Shown piece after piece: positions 1 to 10,640 of a stretch of 64,000 nt of DNA. The translations under genes and the position numbers were made by a program. Origin of the DNA: Nitrosopumilaceae archaeon. GTDB taxonomy: Archaea > Thermoproteota > Nitrososphaeria > Nitrososphaerales > Nitrosopumilaceae. The notes under the pieces are model-generated. The model saw only the letters and a program-made list of their open reading frames with translations. It had not been told where the DNA came from and made no database searches. The stretch covers positions 960,001 to 1,024,000 of the forward strand of contig OZ242274.1 in the NCBI GenBank assembly GCA_965207375.1, in the 5' to 3' direction. Position 1 is the stretch's first letter. Each line of letters opens with the position of its first letter.

Positions 1-185
1 TCGGCGCCCTTCCAATGTCCATCCTTTAGTATGCTGAGATTTCTTTTTGCCCATCGTCTGTTTCCGTCCAAAATCAATGCTAGATGGTTAGGTATTGCCC
101 CTTTGCGGACATCATTTTCCAATTTTTTAGAGTATATTTTGTATAATCCTGATACTTGAAATACAACATCTTTGGTTCTTCCCAT
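1..185 (-). CDS. uppS: Polyprenyl (undecaprenyl) diphosphate synthase, N-terminal part, runs off the window start
   Basis: Manual translation MGRTKDVVF...IPNHLALILDGNRRWAK...GHWKGA contains the cis-prenyltransferase DGNRRWA motif. Confidence 0.9.
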   Translation of the reverse strand, partial: MGRTKDVVFQVSGLYKIYSKKLENDVRKGAIPNHLALILDGNRRWAKRNLSILKDGHWKGA

Positions 186-231
186 TTCTATTAAATCAAT
201 GAAGATTTCTACAAATATTGTTATCGGTATT

Positions 232-1368
232 TTAGACCTCTTCTGATAACTCACCTGGCTTTTTTCTATATTTTTTAAACAGCACCGTGGCCGAAATCAA
301 TGTTGCTGCCAATCCTCCTAATAACGGCGGTATGAGACTAAATGAATTTGCATCATTTATCATAATGTTTGTAAATTGTGCCACTGTAGGGTATAGTGCC
401 ACTAGTACTATTAGACGCAGACTGTCTGAAATCTGTCTTGGTACCCCTGCTAACCAATTACTAAGCAGCATGCCTGCAAATATTGAGCCTAGCCCTACCC
501 ATAAAATCGGCAATGCCCCAGAAATGAATTGACCAATCGTCTTTTCATTAAAAATCTGAGCAATAAGATCTGCATCTGTATCTGCATCTACTACTGACAG
601 TCCTGCAGGCACCGAAGACAGTATCAAAATAATTCCTGTGATCATGGTAAACATTCGAATAAAACCTGACGGAGTAGGTTTTGTCCAATTGCTCCAGACC
701 TTGTCAATATCAAATGCTCTGATCAAAAATGCTCCACCTAAAATACTTACCAAAACTGCAAAAATCTCCGCAGTATATCCAAAGACTGTAGCTACTCCGC
801 CAATTAACAACAAAATGCCCGGCACACCCAAAAAGAACTTTGAGTATTTGGGATCATATGCAATCATTTTCAAATATTTGCCAAACACCGCATAGGAATA
901 TTCCACACTTCGACTAACCTTCATTACTACGCGTTGCACTGAAACAATTGGCAACACCGTCTGAATTACCGGAATGACGCTTTCATCATCCTCTCCATCT
1001 GATACTATGACTGCCCCGTTTGCCGAAAATTTTTCCAAAGCATTTTTTACCTCATTTACAATTTTTTCATCTGCCTGAACCCCCCTTTGTGAAACTCCTG
1101 CAACTGTAATCACCTCTGCTTGATAGCCTTTGCTAATCAAATCCTCATACGTTTTGATGGCAGAAAATATAGAATTCGAATCTGCATCCTCGGGATCCTC
1201 TAATGCCAACCTTTGTGCTGCTTCTATGCATGCATCTCTCCCAATCACCGGCGTCTGTATTCCTGTTTTTTCACCTACATCATTGTCTCTGTCTACGCAA
1301 ATTACTAGCAATCTGTTTGCCGTAGATACGTTTACATCCTTTTTTACAATGCTTGGTTTTTGAGACAT
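232..1368 (-). CDS. DUF373 family membrane protein
   Basis: LLVICVDRDND...DPEDADSN and VSDGEDDE motifs followed by several TM helices. Confidence 0.85.
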   Translation of the reverse strand: MSQKPSIVKKDVNVSTANRLLVICVDRDNDVGEKTGIQTPVIGRDACIEAAQRLALEDPEDADSNSIFSAIKTYEDLISKGYQAEVITVAGVSQRGVQADEKIVNEVKNALEKFSANGAVIVSDGEDDESVIPVIQTVLPIVSVQRVVMKVSRSVEYSYAVFGKYLKMIAYDPKYSKFFLGVPGILLLIGGVATVFGYTAEIFAVLVSILGGAFLIRAFDIDKVWSNWTKPTPSGFIRMFTMITGIILILSSVPAGLSVVDADTDADLIAQIFNEKTIGQFISGALPILWVGLGSIFAGMLLSNWLAGVPRQISDSLRLIVLVALYPTVAQFTNIMINDANSFSLIPPLLGGLAATLISATVLFKKYRKKPGELSEEV

Positions 1369-1443
1369 TCTATGTTTAGTTGTAAAATTGCTTTTTAACG
1401 ATTTCCAACCATTGAAAATAGTAAACTTAGGGTACAGGCACGA

Positions 1444-1938
1444 TTACGGCTTGTTCGTATTTGAGGCCTCGACTAGGGAATCTACGCTAGCTTTGAACTC
1501 TTCAATCTTTTCAAGTGAAGCCTCAATGTCTGCCTCTCCTCGTTTTTCTATTATATTTGCAGCAACTATTGTTTCCCTAATTAGGGAGTTTTGGGTTTTT
1601 AGTGCCTCAATATAGTTGATATAGCTCTCGTGCCATTCCTCTGATGCATCACTTTTGACTAGTTGAGTTATCTGGGCATTGATCTGTGTAGATGTCGTTT
1701 CTGCTATCTCATTGTATTGCTCAACTGTAATTTCTCCATTTTGCAAGCTTTGAAATGATTGCTCTAATTCTTCGGCTAGAACCTGATGAATATTTTCAAT
1801 TCCATCTATGTGGTTTTCAAAGTCTGAAACTGCCATGGTTTGCGTAGTGTCTTGTGGTATAGTCCACACAAAAAAACTTGCAGCAGCAATTGCTGCCAAA
1901 ATTATCGCAGTAACTGCCACACCCTTTTTTGATGCCAA
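1444..1938 (-). CDS. Membrane-anchored hypothetical protein
   Basis: 164-aa ORF with an N-terminal hydrophobic helix and helical body. Confidence 0.7.
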   Translation of the reverse strand: MASKKGVAVTAIILAAIAAASFFVWTIPQDTTQTMAVSDFENHIDGIENIHQVLAEELEQSFQSLQNGEITVEQYNEIAETTSTQINAQITQLVKSDASEEWHESYINYIEALKTQNSLIRETIVAANIIEKRGEADIEASLEKIEEFKASVDSLVEASNTNKP

Positions 1939-2190
1939 TATGTCTAAGATTATCCTTCCTGCTTATATCTTGTATAATGTTGGAATTTTTGGATTTTGTA
2001 CAAAAAGATACCGAAAAAACAATCTATCAAACGTTTCCTTTATAAATTTATAAAGAAATATCAATTTTTTATGTAATTCTTTACATAATGTGACTCAAAT
2101 CGCTAAATAAAATTTACACATATCTAGGTGTGTAGTTAAATAATTTTTACATCCTCTGCCTAAATACAAGCATAACTGTGAGATTTTAGA

Positions 2191-2334
2191 ATGGTCGAAG
2201 CATACTGCGTAAAATGCAGAGGAAAAAGGGAGATCAAAAATCCCCAGGAAACTAAACTAAAGAACGGACGTCCTGCCGTCAAAGGCACATGTCCAAAATG
2301 TGGAACTAATGTTTTCCGAATTGGAAAAATGTAG
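2191..2334 (+). CDS. Small basic zinc-ribbon protein (DUF5679-like), not in the ORF track
   Basis: Manual translation MVEAYCVKCRGKREIKNPQETKLKNGRPAVKGTCPKCGTNVFRIGKM has two CxxC pairs. Confidence 0.85.
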   Translation: MVEAYCVKCRGKREIKNPQETKLKNGRPAVKGTCPKCGTNVFRIGKM

Positions 2335-2457
2335 GAAAACTAACCACAAGTTTCTTTTTTAAAATGATCAAATGCCGTCTGTTTATATTTGGACGGTATC
2401 GTTTTTTTGGAATTTTAAAATAAACCCATATAGGGTGGCGTACGATGTTGTATCGTA

Positions 2458-2880
2458 TTGACAAAAAAAGAGTATGAGGGTCTTCTCAAACGAATAGCAG
2501 ATAAGATGTCTGATGGCTCAAAGGCAGGAGTTGCTAGGTTTGAGCTTCCAGTAGTTGACATCATGTGGGAAGGACAAAAGACATTCCTTCGTAACTTTAC
2601 AGATTTTCCAAAGGTACTGCGACGTGATCCTGAAAAGGTACTACAGTATCTGTCAAAGGAATTTGCAGTCCCTGCAGAACGCTTGGGAGACAAGGCCATG
2701 TTTATTGGCAAGCGTGATCCTGATGACTTTACAAGATTATTTCAGATTTATGTCAAGGACTATGTTGAATGTCCCACATGCAAAAGTCCTGATACTAAAG
2801 TTGTTAAAGAAAACAGAATTTCTTTTTTGATCTGTGAGGCGTGCGGTGCCAAATCAACTATGAAAGGTAAGTATGCCTGA
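2458..2880 (+). CDS. eif2b: Translation initiation factor aIF-2 beta subunit
   Basis: TFLRNF...RDPEKVLQYLSKE, plus CPTCKSPDT and CEACGA zinc ribbon. Confidence 0.95.
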   Translation: MTKKEYEGLLKRIADKMSDGSKAGVARFELPVVDIMWEGQKTFLRNFTDFPKVLRRDPEKVLQYLSKEFAVPAERLGDKAMFIGKRDPDDFTRLFQIYVKDYVECPTCKSPDTKVVKENRISFLICEACGAKSTMKGKYA

Positions 2881-3176
2881 TGCAGTTTTCAGTTAAGGTT
2901 TCTAACTATCAACAAAATTCGATGCTTAACATTTGTGATCCTGATCTACTTGGAAAAACAATTTCTGACGGCAAAAGAAATCTAAAGATTAGCCAAAGCT
3001 ATTATGGCCAAAAAATCGTTGATCAAAGCGAAGCCGAACGCCTTTTAAAATCTTCCTCAGTAATAAACATGGCAGGCAGGCAAGCAGTTTCACTTTCAAT
3101 AAAACTCGGCGTCGGCGTAAAAGATGGCGTAAAATATGTAAATGATGTTCCATTTCTTATTGTCTTTCAAATGTAA
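2880..3176 (+). CDS. DUF424 family protein
   Basis: ICDPDLLGK...YYG...INMAG motifs, next to aIF-2beta. Confidence 0.85.
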   Translation: MQFSVKVSNYQQNSMLNICDPDLLGKTISDGKRNLKISQSYYGQKIVDQSEAERLLKSSSVINMAGRQAVSLSIKLGVGVKDGVKYVNDVPFLIVFQM

Positions 3177-3187
3177 TTTTGATTTCC

Positions 3188-3967
3188 ATGTCTGATGAAA
3201 TAAATGAAAAATTGGAATCAAAAATTTACAATAAACTGTTTGCAAAATCTCCAAAAAGCAAACTCAAAGACGGATTCAAAAAGAACAAAGTAGTCAACGA
3301 AGTTTTAGACAAGCCGACTATTATGACTCTGTTTAACATGATAAATTCCAATATTCTTTCTTATGTCAATGGTGCAATCAAGGCTGGAAAGGAATCCGTT
3401 GTTTTTTGGGGAGTCGACTGTGACAAACAAGATGTTGCCTTGAAGATATATCTTGTTTCTACCTCTAATTTCAAAAATCGCATGCCGTATTTGCAAGGAG
3501 ATCCTAGATTTTCTAGAATCAAAAAGGGCACTAGAAATCTTGTTAATCTGTGGGCAAAAAAGGAATTCAAAAATTTTACCCGGTGTTATGATTGTGGAAT
3601 CTGCGTTCCAAAGCCGCTCTGTGTGACCAATAATGTGCTTGTTACTGAATTTATTGGCAAAAATGGCATGCCTACAAAGACACTGTTAGAGTCCAAAGTC
3701 GATTCTCACGACTATGATCAATCCATTGAGCTTATTGTCCGACTGTATCACGATGCCAAACTAGTTCATGGTGATTTTTCTGGATATAACATATTCAAGA
3801 CCTGCTCTGGACTGATGCTGTTTGATCTAGGCTCTGCTGTGGATCTGCAACATCCCAGATCTGACGAATTTCTTAAAAGAGATATTAATAACATAACCAA
3901 ATTCTTTGTCAAGAGGGGATTGACTGTACAAAATCCTATAGATGTTTACGAATCGGTGATATCATGA
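3188..3967 (+). CDS. rio1: RIO1-family serine/threonine kinase
   Basis: GKESVV, ALKIY, LVHGDFSGYNI and DLGSAV motifs. Confidence 0.92.
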   Translation: MSDEINEKLESKIYNKLFAKSPKSKLKDGFKKNKVVNEVLDKPTIMTLFNMINSNILSYVNGAIKAGKESVVFWGVDCDKQDVALKIYLVSTSNFKNRMPYLQGDPRFSRIKKGTRNLVNLWAKKEFKNFTRCYDCGICVPKPLCVTNNVLVTEFIGKNGMPTKTLLESKVDSHDYDQSIELIVRLYHDAKLVHGDFSGYNIFKTCSGLMLFDLGSAVDLQHPRSDEFLKRDINNITKFFVKRGLTVQNPIDVYESVIS

Positions 3968-4533
3968 GCTTTGAAAAACTAGTACGAATTCCAACTGAGA
4001 GAGTGGGTGTTTTAATTGGCAAATCTGGAAACGTAAAATCCAAGATCGAATCATCCTGCTGTGTCAAACTAGACATTGACAGTGATACCGGAGAAATTTT
4101 TATTGAAACCTCAGGTGCTATTGAAAAAATCCAACCCTTCAAAGCAATTGAACTTGTAACTGCAATAGGCCGTGGATTTTCACCACACAATGCAATGCAA
4201 CTTCTTAAGGGTGAAAATACTTTACATGTAATGGATTTACGCGAATTTGGAGGTAAATCTCGTAATCAAATTGAAAGGATAAAAGGGAGATTAATTGGAG
4301 AAGGAGGTAAGGCAAGAAAAAATATGGAAAATTTAAGCGGAACTGTAATTTCAATTTACGGCAGAACAGTTTCAATTATTGGCAGCACAAAAAATCTAAA
4401 GCTTGCAGTAGATGCAATCTCGTCAATTTCAAATGGAAGCATGCACGGTTCTGTGTATAATAAACTAGAATCTGCAAGAAGAAGGGAAAAAATACAACGA
4501 TTGCAATTATGGGAAGATCAAAATGTCTTTTAA
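3964..4533 (+). CDS. KH-domain RNA-processing protein (Dim2/Pno1-like)
   Basis: Two KH GxxG motifs (LIGKSG, LIGEGG) and AIGRGFS. Confidence 0.9.
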   Translation: MSFEKLVRIPTERVGVLIGKSGNVKSKIESSCCVKLDIDSDTGEIFIETSGAIEKIQPFKAIELVTAIGRGFSPHNAMQLLKGENTLHVMDLREFGGKSRNQIERIKGRLIGEGGKARKNMENLSGTVISIYGRTVSIIGSTKNLKLAVDAISSISNGSMHGSVYNKLESARRREKIQRLQLWEDQNVF

Positions 4534-6364
4534 AGAAAATTTCAATCAAATCTCACCAAGTGAGTTTTTCTATAGGAACCGGGATTTGGCAGGATTTAGT
4601 ACCCCTACGCGCTCTTTGTATACTGCCGTGCGTGAATTTGTAGAAAACGCACTTGATGCCTGTGATCACAATGGGATATTTCCAGAAGTTCACCTGTCCA
4701 TCAAGGCAGTAGATGTTGACAAACCCGATCCTAGGCACTACATTTTGACTGTAAAAGACAACGGTCCGGGAATGCCTTCCAAAAACGTTCCATTAGCGTT
4801 TGGCACCGTCCTGTATGGTTCAAAATTTGGATTAAAACAGGCACGTGGCATGTTTGGTTTGGGTGCCACCATGGCAATTCTTTATGGACAAATTACTACA
4901 AACAAACCTGTACATGTTCAAAGCTCCACTGATGGACAGACAGCAGACGAATTTGACATTCTTTTAGACATTCAAAAAAACAAACCGATAATCCAAAAGC
5001 ATGTGACTAGGCAGGTCAAAAAACAAGGTCTGTCTGTTAGCATTTGTTTGGAAGGCGATTATTCAAAGGCAGGCTCTAAGATTAGAGATTATGTATATCA
5101 GACATCCTTGATTACTCCCTATGCCACCATTTCTTTTCATGATCCAAAGGATCAAAAATTCAAGTATACTAGAATGGTAAAAACAATGCCTCCTGCCCCC
5201 ACCATAATCAAACCTCATCCGTACGGCGTTGATGTAGAAACCATCCGCAGAATGATAATTGAATCCAATTTTACAATTCCAACTATTGACAATAAAATGA
5301 TTGAAAAGGTCAAAAAAGAGTTGAAATTGACAAAGAAAAGTTTTGACTTTGATAAAATTATGCAACAGGCATCAAAAAAATGGAAAAATCTTTCCAGACC
5401 GGTCAGAGTTATAATTGCATTGATGTCATTTCTCAAAATGGATTTTGACAAACTAGCAAAGATCAGAATCGATGATCTTGATGTTGCAAACAACAATGTA
5501 ACCTTTTGGAACTTTGGCGAATCTCAATCAATCTCTGTGGATTTGGATCCAAAAAACCCATATTACAAGCAATTAACAAACACTGTTCAAGGAGAATCAC
5601 TGTCATCCTTTTTGACAAAGCGCTTTCAACGAGTGGGACAAAAGACTGCGATAAAATTTGCCGAATTTACTGGATTTCGTCCTGAAAAGCGCATGGGCTC
5701 TATGACCAATGAGGAGTTAGTTACGCTTAGTGACTCACTCCAAAGATATGAGGATTTTGTATCTCCTGATCCTAGCTGCCTTGCTCCATTGGGCGAAGAA
5801 CCGCTTGAAAAGGGAATACAAAAATTCTTCAATCCTGATTTTTTAGCCGTAGTTCAAAGACCTGCATCTGCCTATTCGGGATTCCCGTTTGTAGTTGAAA
5901 TGGGAATTGCATATGGTGGAGATATTCAAACACGCGGAATCAAGACATATAGATTTGCCAATAGAATCCCACTGTTGTATGACGAGGGAAGCGACGTGGT
6001 ACTTAAAGTTGTAAATGACACCGACTGGTCCCGCTACAAAGTAAAAGGCGATCCTCCTCTAGTAATTGTAAATCATATTTGTTCTACAAGAATTCCCTAC
6101 AAAACTGCAGGCAAAGAAAACGTTGCAGACCGCAAGGAGATAGAACGTGAAATAAAACTGTGTTTGCAATACCTGTCTAGGAAACTTTCTGCATACATGT
6201 CTAAACGAGGACAGGCAGAAGCTGCTAAAAAACGAGCTAATCTGTACTCTAAATACATGCCATTGATTGCGCAATTTTGTACCGAACTATCAGGTAAAAA
6301 GAAGGAACCAAACATTCAGTCTATATTAAAGGAGGAGGCACCAATTGAAGAAAAGCAAAACTAA
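4523..6364 (+). CDS. top6B: DNA topoisomerase VI subunit B
   Basis: GHKL motifs EFVENALDA, DNGPG, GSKF...RGMFGLG and RFANRIPLLY. Confidence 0.97.
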   Translation: MSFKENFNQISPSEFFYRNRDLAGFSTPTRSLYTAVREFVENALDACDHNGIFPEVHLSIKAVDVDKPDPRHYILTVKDNGPGMPSKNVPLAFGTVLYGSKFGLKQARGMFGLGATMAILYGQITTNKPVHVQSSTDGQTADEFDILLDIQKNKPIIQKHVTRQVKKQGLSVSICLEGDYSKAGSKIRDYVYQTSLITPYATISFHDPKDQKFKYTRMVKTMPPAPTIIKPHPYGVDVETIRRMIIESNFTIPTIDNKMIEKVKKELKLTKKSFDFDKIMQQASKKWKNLSRPVRVIIALMSFLKMDFDKLAKIRIDDLDVANNNVTFWNFGESQSISVDLDPKNPYYKQLTNTVQGESLSSFLTKRFQRVGQKTAIKFAEFTGFRPEKRMGSMTNEELVTLSDSLQRYEDFVSPDPSCLAPLGEEPLEKGIQKFFNPDFLAVVQRPASAYSGFPFVVEMGIAYGGDIQTRGIKTYRFANRIPLLYDEGSDVVLKVVNDTDWSRYKVKGDPPLVIVNHICSTRIPYKTAGKENVADRKEIEREIKLCLQYLSRKLSAYMSKRGQAEAAKKRANLYSKYMPLIAQFCTELSGKKKEPNIQSILKEEAPIEEKQN

Positions 6365-7451
6365 ACCCTCCTCTGTTTCTGCAAAAGAAAAACAAAAATC
6401 ATTGTTAGATCTATTAAAGCAACACGGTGCCACAGTTTACGACGATGTCAACGAGGGAAAATTTCCAAAATTTTCCATTCCAAGCAGATCTGTGAGCAAT
6501 ATTGTGTATGACGAAAAATTACGGCAGTACATTCTTGGAACCAACGCTGCCATTCGTAGCTCAAAAAACACATCCCAACTGCGCTCCTTTACGCAGCTAA
6601 TCTGGCTTGCCTTTTTTGCAAATAGGCTGACAAAGGAAAAAAAATCATCTACCCTGCGAGATGTTTACTATTCGTCTCAGGCATTTGCCGTAGAATTCGA
6701 AGATCAGTCCGAATCTGATAATATTATTGTAGATTTAGAAGCAGTACTTTCTAGACCTAGGGAGGATTTTCACATATTTCCTGAAGAGCGAAGCTCCATT
6801 TTTGGTGATTTAAACATTGAATATACCATTCCAGGCTATGAGGGCAAAACCATGAATCTATCTAATCATCCTGACGGCTATGCAATAGGGCCTAGTCTGA
6901 CCACTGCAGAATTACTTGATACTAGTGCCGACGTTGTCATTGCAATAGAGAAGGGTGGACTATTTACCAGATTCGTCGAAGAGCAGGTTGATAAAAAATT
7001 CAAATCCATAATTATCAACACAGGCGGTCAGGCGCCCCGTTCTACTAGGACTCTTTTAAAAAGACTACATGATGAAATGGGTTTGCCTGTTGTAATACTT
7101 ACTGATGGGGATGTGTATGGGGAGCACATTGCCATGGTGATCAAATCCGGTTCTGCAAATGCGGCCCATCTAAGAGAGCTTACAGTACCTGATGCAAAAT
7201 GGGTCGGAGTATGGGCATCTGATATTGAAAAATTCAAACTGCCAACCATTCCTATGACCGAGTCTGACATCAAACGCTGCTATGATCTGAAAAAGGATCC
7301 CAGATACAAAAAAGGTCTTTGGAAAAAGGAACTTGAGGTCTTTATAAGAATTAAAAGAAAGGCAGAACTAGAGGCGTTTTCTAAATATGGTCTTACAAAT
7401 ATCACCGACAAGTATCTTCCACACAAGCTGGAGATAGCTAAAACACTATGA
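6345..7451 (+). CDS. top6A: DNA topoisomerase VI subunit A
   Basis: TLRDVYY catalytic region, TOPRIM IEK and TDGDVYG. Confidence 0.97.
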   Translation: MKKSKTKPSSVSAKEKQKSLLDLLKQHGATVYDDVNEGKFPKFSIPSRSVSNIVYDEKLRQYILGTNAAIRSSKNTSQLRSFTQLIWLAFFANRLTKEKKSSTLRDVYYSSQAFAVEFEDQSESDNIIVDLEAVLSRPREDFHIFPEERSSIFGDLNIEYTIPGYEGKTMNLSNHPDGYAIGPSLTTAELLDTSADVVIAIEKGGLFTRFVEEQVDKKFKSIIINTGGQAPRSTRTLLKRLHDEMGLPVVILTDGDVYGEHIAMVIKSGSANAAHLRELTVPDAKWVGVWASDIEKFKLPTIPMTESDIKRCYDLKKDPRYKKGLWKKELEVFIRIKRKAELEAFSKYGLTNITDKYLPHKLEIAKTL

Positions 7452-7916
7452 TCTCTTTATTCTCAGAGTAAGGACACCGTTTCTATATTTGAAATCAAAC
7501 ACCTGCATGTCGCTTGAACCCTCAATTGGAACCTCCTTTGAGAATCCGCCACTGCCTCTGATGTATAGTATGCCGTCAACTAGTCTGACCGTGATTTTAT
7601 CTTCGGGGCCAGGTACCTCTGCTACAAAAACAAATTCTCCCTCATCCTTTATCAGATCATACACCCAATTCTTGCTTTCCTGCTCTCTCATTGAATATTT
7701 TGGTTTTTGTTCTCTAGTCATTTTAATTAAAACCCGTGCCCAATAAAACATGGTTATTGCAGCACCCCCAATTAGGACAAAACTGACAAATCCGCCTCCT
7801 GAACGTTGCGTCATGACATAAATAATTCCCAAAAACAAAATGATCATTATCGGTATTACAAAATTCAGTGACTGTTGATTTGAATATGTTCCCTTGTAAG
7901 ATGCCAAGTAACACAA
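7446..7916 (-). CDS. Membrane-anchored Hsp20/alpha-crystallin-like protein (true start probably downstream)
   Basis: Two TM helices, then AEVPG...YRNGVLTLRI. Confidence 0.75.
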   Translation of the reverse strand: MCYLASYKGTYSNQQSLNFVIPIMIILFLGIIYVMTQRSGGGFVSFVLIGGAAITMFYWARVLIKMTREQKPKYSMREQESKNWVYDLIKDEGEFVFVAEVPGPEDKITVRLVDGILYIRGSGGFSKEVPIEGSSDMQVFDFKYRNGVLTLRIKRS

Positions 7917-7979
7917 ATTTCCTTTTAACCAAATATAAAGTATATTTGGTTTTTATTACCATATTTTCTAACTTTGTAG

Positions 7980-8213
7980 ATGGAAGAACCCGATTCTGCA
8001 AAACTCTCCATACAAGATCTCATAATGCGTGGTACCATAATGGCGTTAATCATTGCAGTTCCTTCAATTACTGTGTTTTTTGTCGCCTGGGTCATACTTG
8101 ATGATCTGCTTGTAGCGGCTATAATTGGCGCAATTGTTCACTTTATTGCAATGGGTTTTTCTTTAAAAATATCCAAAAAGTTTCTGGTTAAATCCCAAAA
8201 AAACGATCCCTGA
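7980..8213 (+). CDS. Small membrane protein
   Basis: 77 aa with two TM helices. Confidence 0.7.
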   Translation: MEEPDSAKLSIQDLIMRGTIMALIIAVPSITVFFVAWVILDDLLVAAIIGAIVHFIAMGFSLKISKKFLVKSQKNDP

Positions 8214-8245
8214 TATTTAATAGTGAAACTGCATTCCAAAGTTAT

Positions 8246-8596
8246 ATGGACACATCTGAGATTGAAAAGAATCTAGTTGATCAAATTCATCTGGATTCTT
8301 TGTCTGCAAAGATATTCCTGCTAGTTACCTTGGAAGGCAAAATGACTGCAGATGATGTTTCCTCTAGACTCGATATTGCTCCAAAAAGTGCCGTTGAAAA
8401 GTGTCAATATTTGGTGTCTCAGGGGGGCTTTATTGACATGACTCCTGAATTTGAAGCGATGCATCCAAGGTTTACGGCTGTGAACATGTATCGCCGCATG
8501 TGTCAACGTGAAAATATAAAATTTGGACGCAACAAAATAGTTGACAGCATAGGCGTGCTTTTGGAACGCCATTATGAGGATGCAAGAACTAAATAG
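8246..8596 (+). CDS. TrmB-like winged-helix protein
   Basis: HTH-like N-terminus followed by AMHPRFTAVNMY. Confidence 0.65.
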   Translation: MDTSEIEKNLVDQIHLDSLSAKIFLLVTLEGKMTADDVSSRLDIAPKSAVEKCQYLVSQGGFIDMTPEFEAMHPRFTAVNMYRRMCQRENIKFGRNKIVDSIGVLLERHYEDARTK

Positions 8597-8617
8597 AACT
8601 GAATCCGTTCAAGCCTC

Positions 8618-9007
8618 ATGAGCGAGTCTTGCAATCACCAACCTGTATACTTTGGCGTAATTAACATCAATATCGATGAGAAAACCATAGGCTCTGTAGA
8701 TGTGTGGCGCTGTGGTGCTTGCAAGAAAAAATTCTGTGAAGAAAAGCAATTGGGAATAGAGGCCATTGCAGATGTTGTCGGCATGCCCAAGATTGCAGCC
8801 GACGAGAAATGGGCTGTTTGTGTATGTAAGTTACAAAAAGTCAAAGACAAATGGAGACTAGTCCGACTACCAAAAGACGGGCAACTCAAACACGAGTGTC
8901 TAGATGATCAAGTAATTACACTTGATGTAAAAAATTATGCTATTGATGATGACAGACATTGGAGCTTTCTTGTAGACGATAATGTCAACAAGGCAGTTGA
9001 AATCTAA
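8618..9007 (+). CDS. Conserved hypothetical Cys-containing protein
   Basis: 129-aa ORF with CNH, CGAC and CVC, in operon-like spacing. Confidence 0.75.
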   Translation: MSESCNHQPVYFGVININIDEKTIGSVDVWRCGACKKKFCEEKQLGIEAIADVVGMPKIAADEKWAVCVCKLQKVKDKWRLVRLPKDGQLKHECLDDQVITLDVKNYAIDDDRHWSFLVDDNVNKAVEI

Positions 9008-9010
9008 ATT

Positions 9011-9301
9011 ATGGCCCTAAATCTTCAGGTACATGTCAATGATGTTCATGGTAGCCAAATGGCTGCAAAAATCACCGGCAAATTTATTTTAGATAATCAT
9101 GAATTTCGATTTACTGCAATAGCTTTTGGCAGAATAGGAGGACAAAACATTGGCGCAACACTTTCTAAAGCAACCCAAACTCAACTACAAAAATTAGGCT
9201 ATGACTCTGAACAAGTGATACTTGATATTCAAAACAAACTGCTACAGGGCAACATGACTGTCCCTGAGGGTCTCAAACGAGAGTCTTTTGTTGATGATTA
9301 A
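9011..9301 (+). CDS. Conserved hypothetical protein
   Basis: 96-aa ORF starting 3 nt after the previous stop. Confidence 0.75.
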   Translation: MALNLQVHVNDVHGSQMAAKITGKFILDNHEFRFTAIAFGRIGGQNIGATLSKATQTQLQKLGYDSEQVILDIQNKLLQGNMTVPEGLKRESFVDD

Positions 9302-10089
9302 AATTCTGCCTCTTGCAGTGCCTTTTCACAGGCACATTCTCTGTGCTGGGGGATTTTGTCTATTAAAACTGCAAGTAATTTTTTAGTCTGTTGCACATTT
9401 TTAGATAATGTTTCTAGAACCTCTTTTGCAGTAACTGGCTTTTCTGCCCAAACATCATAGTCTGTAACTGTGGATATTGACACATAACACATTTGAGCCT
9501 CTCTTGCAAGCTGGCATTCTGGAACCAGCGTCATCCCAATAATGTCTGCACCTGTGGTTTTGTAGAATTTAGATTCTGCCTTGGTTGAAAATCTAGGACC
9601 TTCTATGCAAACATATGTGCAATCCTTGTGCATTGTGATTTTTTGATCATCTGCTACATCTAGTACGCATTTTTGTAATTCTGGACAAAATGGATCTGCT
9701 ACTGATATGTGAATCACCCTACCATTTTTGGCAAATGAATATTTTCTGGATTTTGTAAAGTCTATGAATTGGCTGGGTAGTACAAAATGAGTAGGCTCTA
9801 ATTCTTTTTTTAGGCTTCCTACTGCAGATGGTGCAATGATTCTTTTTACACCTAGTTCTTTAAACGCCCAGATGTTTGCCCTAAAATTTATCATGTGCGG
9901 CGGTATGGTGTGTTTTTTGCCGTGTCTTGGCAAAAATGCTATCCTCCTTCCGTTAAACTCTCCAATCGTTATTGTATCTGAAGGATTTCCATATGGTGTA
10001 TTGATTTGCACCTGCCTGCTGTTTTGTAATAGATCTGAATCATAAATTCCCGTTCCGCCAAAAATTCCAATTTCTACTGAATGCTCCAT
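9298..10089 (-). CDS. mtnP: S-methyl-5'-thioadenosine phosphorylase
   Basis: [22 protein letters not shown] and VTDYD motifs; ATG overlaps the apt stop. Confidence 0.95.
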   Translation of the reverse strand: MEHSVEIGIFGGTGIYDSDLLQNSRQVQINTPYGNPSDTITIGEFNGRRIAFLPRHGKKHTIPPHMINFRANIWAFKELGVKRIIAPSAVGSLKKELEPTHFVLPSQFIDFTKSRKYSFAKNGRVIHISVADPFCPELQKCVLDVADDQKITMHKDCTYVCIEGPRFSTKAESKFYKTTGADIIGMTLVPECQLAREAQMCYVSISTVTDYDVWAEKPVTAKEVLETLSKNVQQTKKLLAVLIDKIPQHRECACEKALQEAEF

Positions 10090-10601
10090 TAGTACCTTAC
10101 CAATGATTTGCAATTGTATTTGTCTAATTGTTTTCTTCCCTCAAGCTCCGTTAGTTCTATGATGAATGCAAATCCTGTGACTGTACCATCAACCTTTTCA
10201 ATCAGTTTTGCAGCAGCCTTTGCTGTTCCACCTGTTGCTAATAGATCGTCACAAATCAACACTCTTTCTCCTTTTTTGATAATATCCTTTTGTATCTCAA
10301 TTGTGTCTTTGCCGTATTCTGTTGTATATGAGGACTTGATGGTTTTACCGGGAAGTTTTCCTGTCTTTCTTATTGTTATCATTGCCTTGTTGTATCTAGT
10401 TGCTAAGATATTTGCAAGAATAAACCCCCTAGATTCAATTCCTGCAAAAACATCAATGTCTTTTTTGTGGAAATATTTCTCAAACTCGTCTGCCATATAT
10501 GACATTGCAGATGGCTGCTTTAGGATTGGACTAAAATCTCTAAATATTATGCCTTTTTTTGGGAAATCCTTGTATTCCGATATGTAATCTTCAAGATTCA
10601 T
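10089..10601 (-). CDS. apt: Adenine phosphoribosyltransferase
   Basis: [16 protein letters not shown] and DDLLATGGT motifs. Confidence 0.95.
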   Translation of the reverse strand: MNLEDYISEYKDFPKKGIIFRDFSPILKQPSAMSYMADEFEKYFHKKDIDVFAGIESRGFILANILATRYNKAMITIRKTGKLPGKTIKSSYTTEYGKDTIEIQKDIIKKGERVLICDDLLATGGTAKAAAKLIEKVDGTVTGFAFIIELTELEGRKQLDKYNCKSLVRY

Positions 10602-10640
10602 AGATTATACTAATTTTTAGAATAATAAAAACTGTATTAA

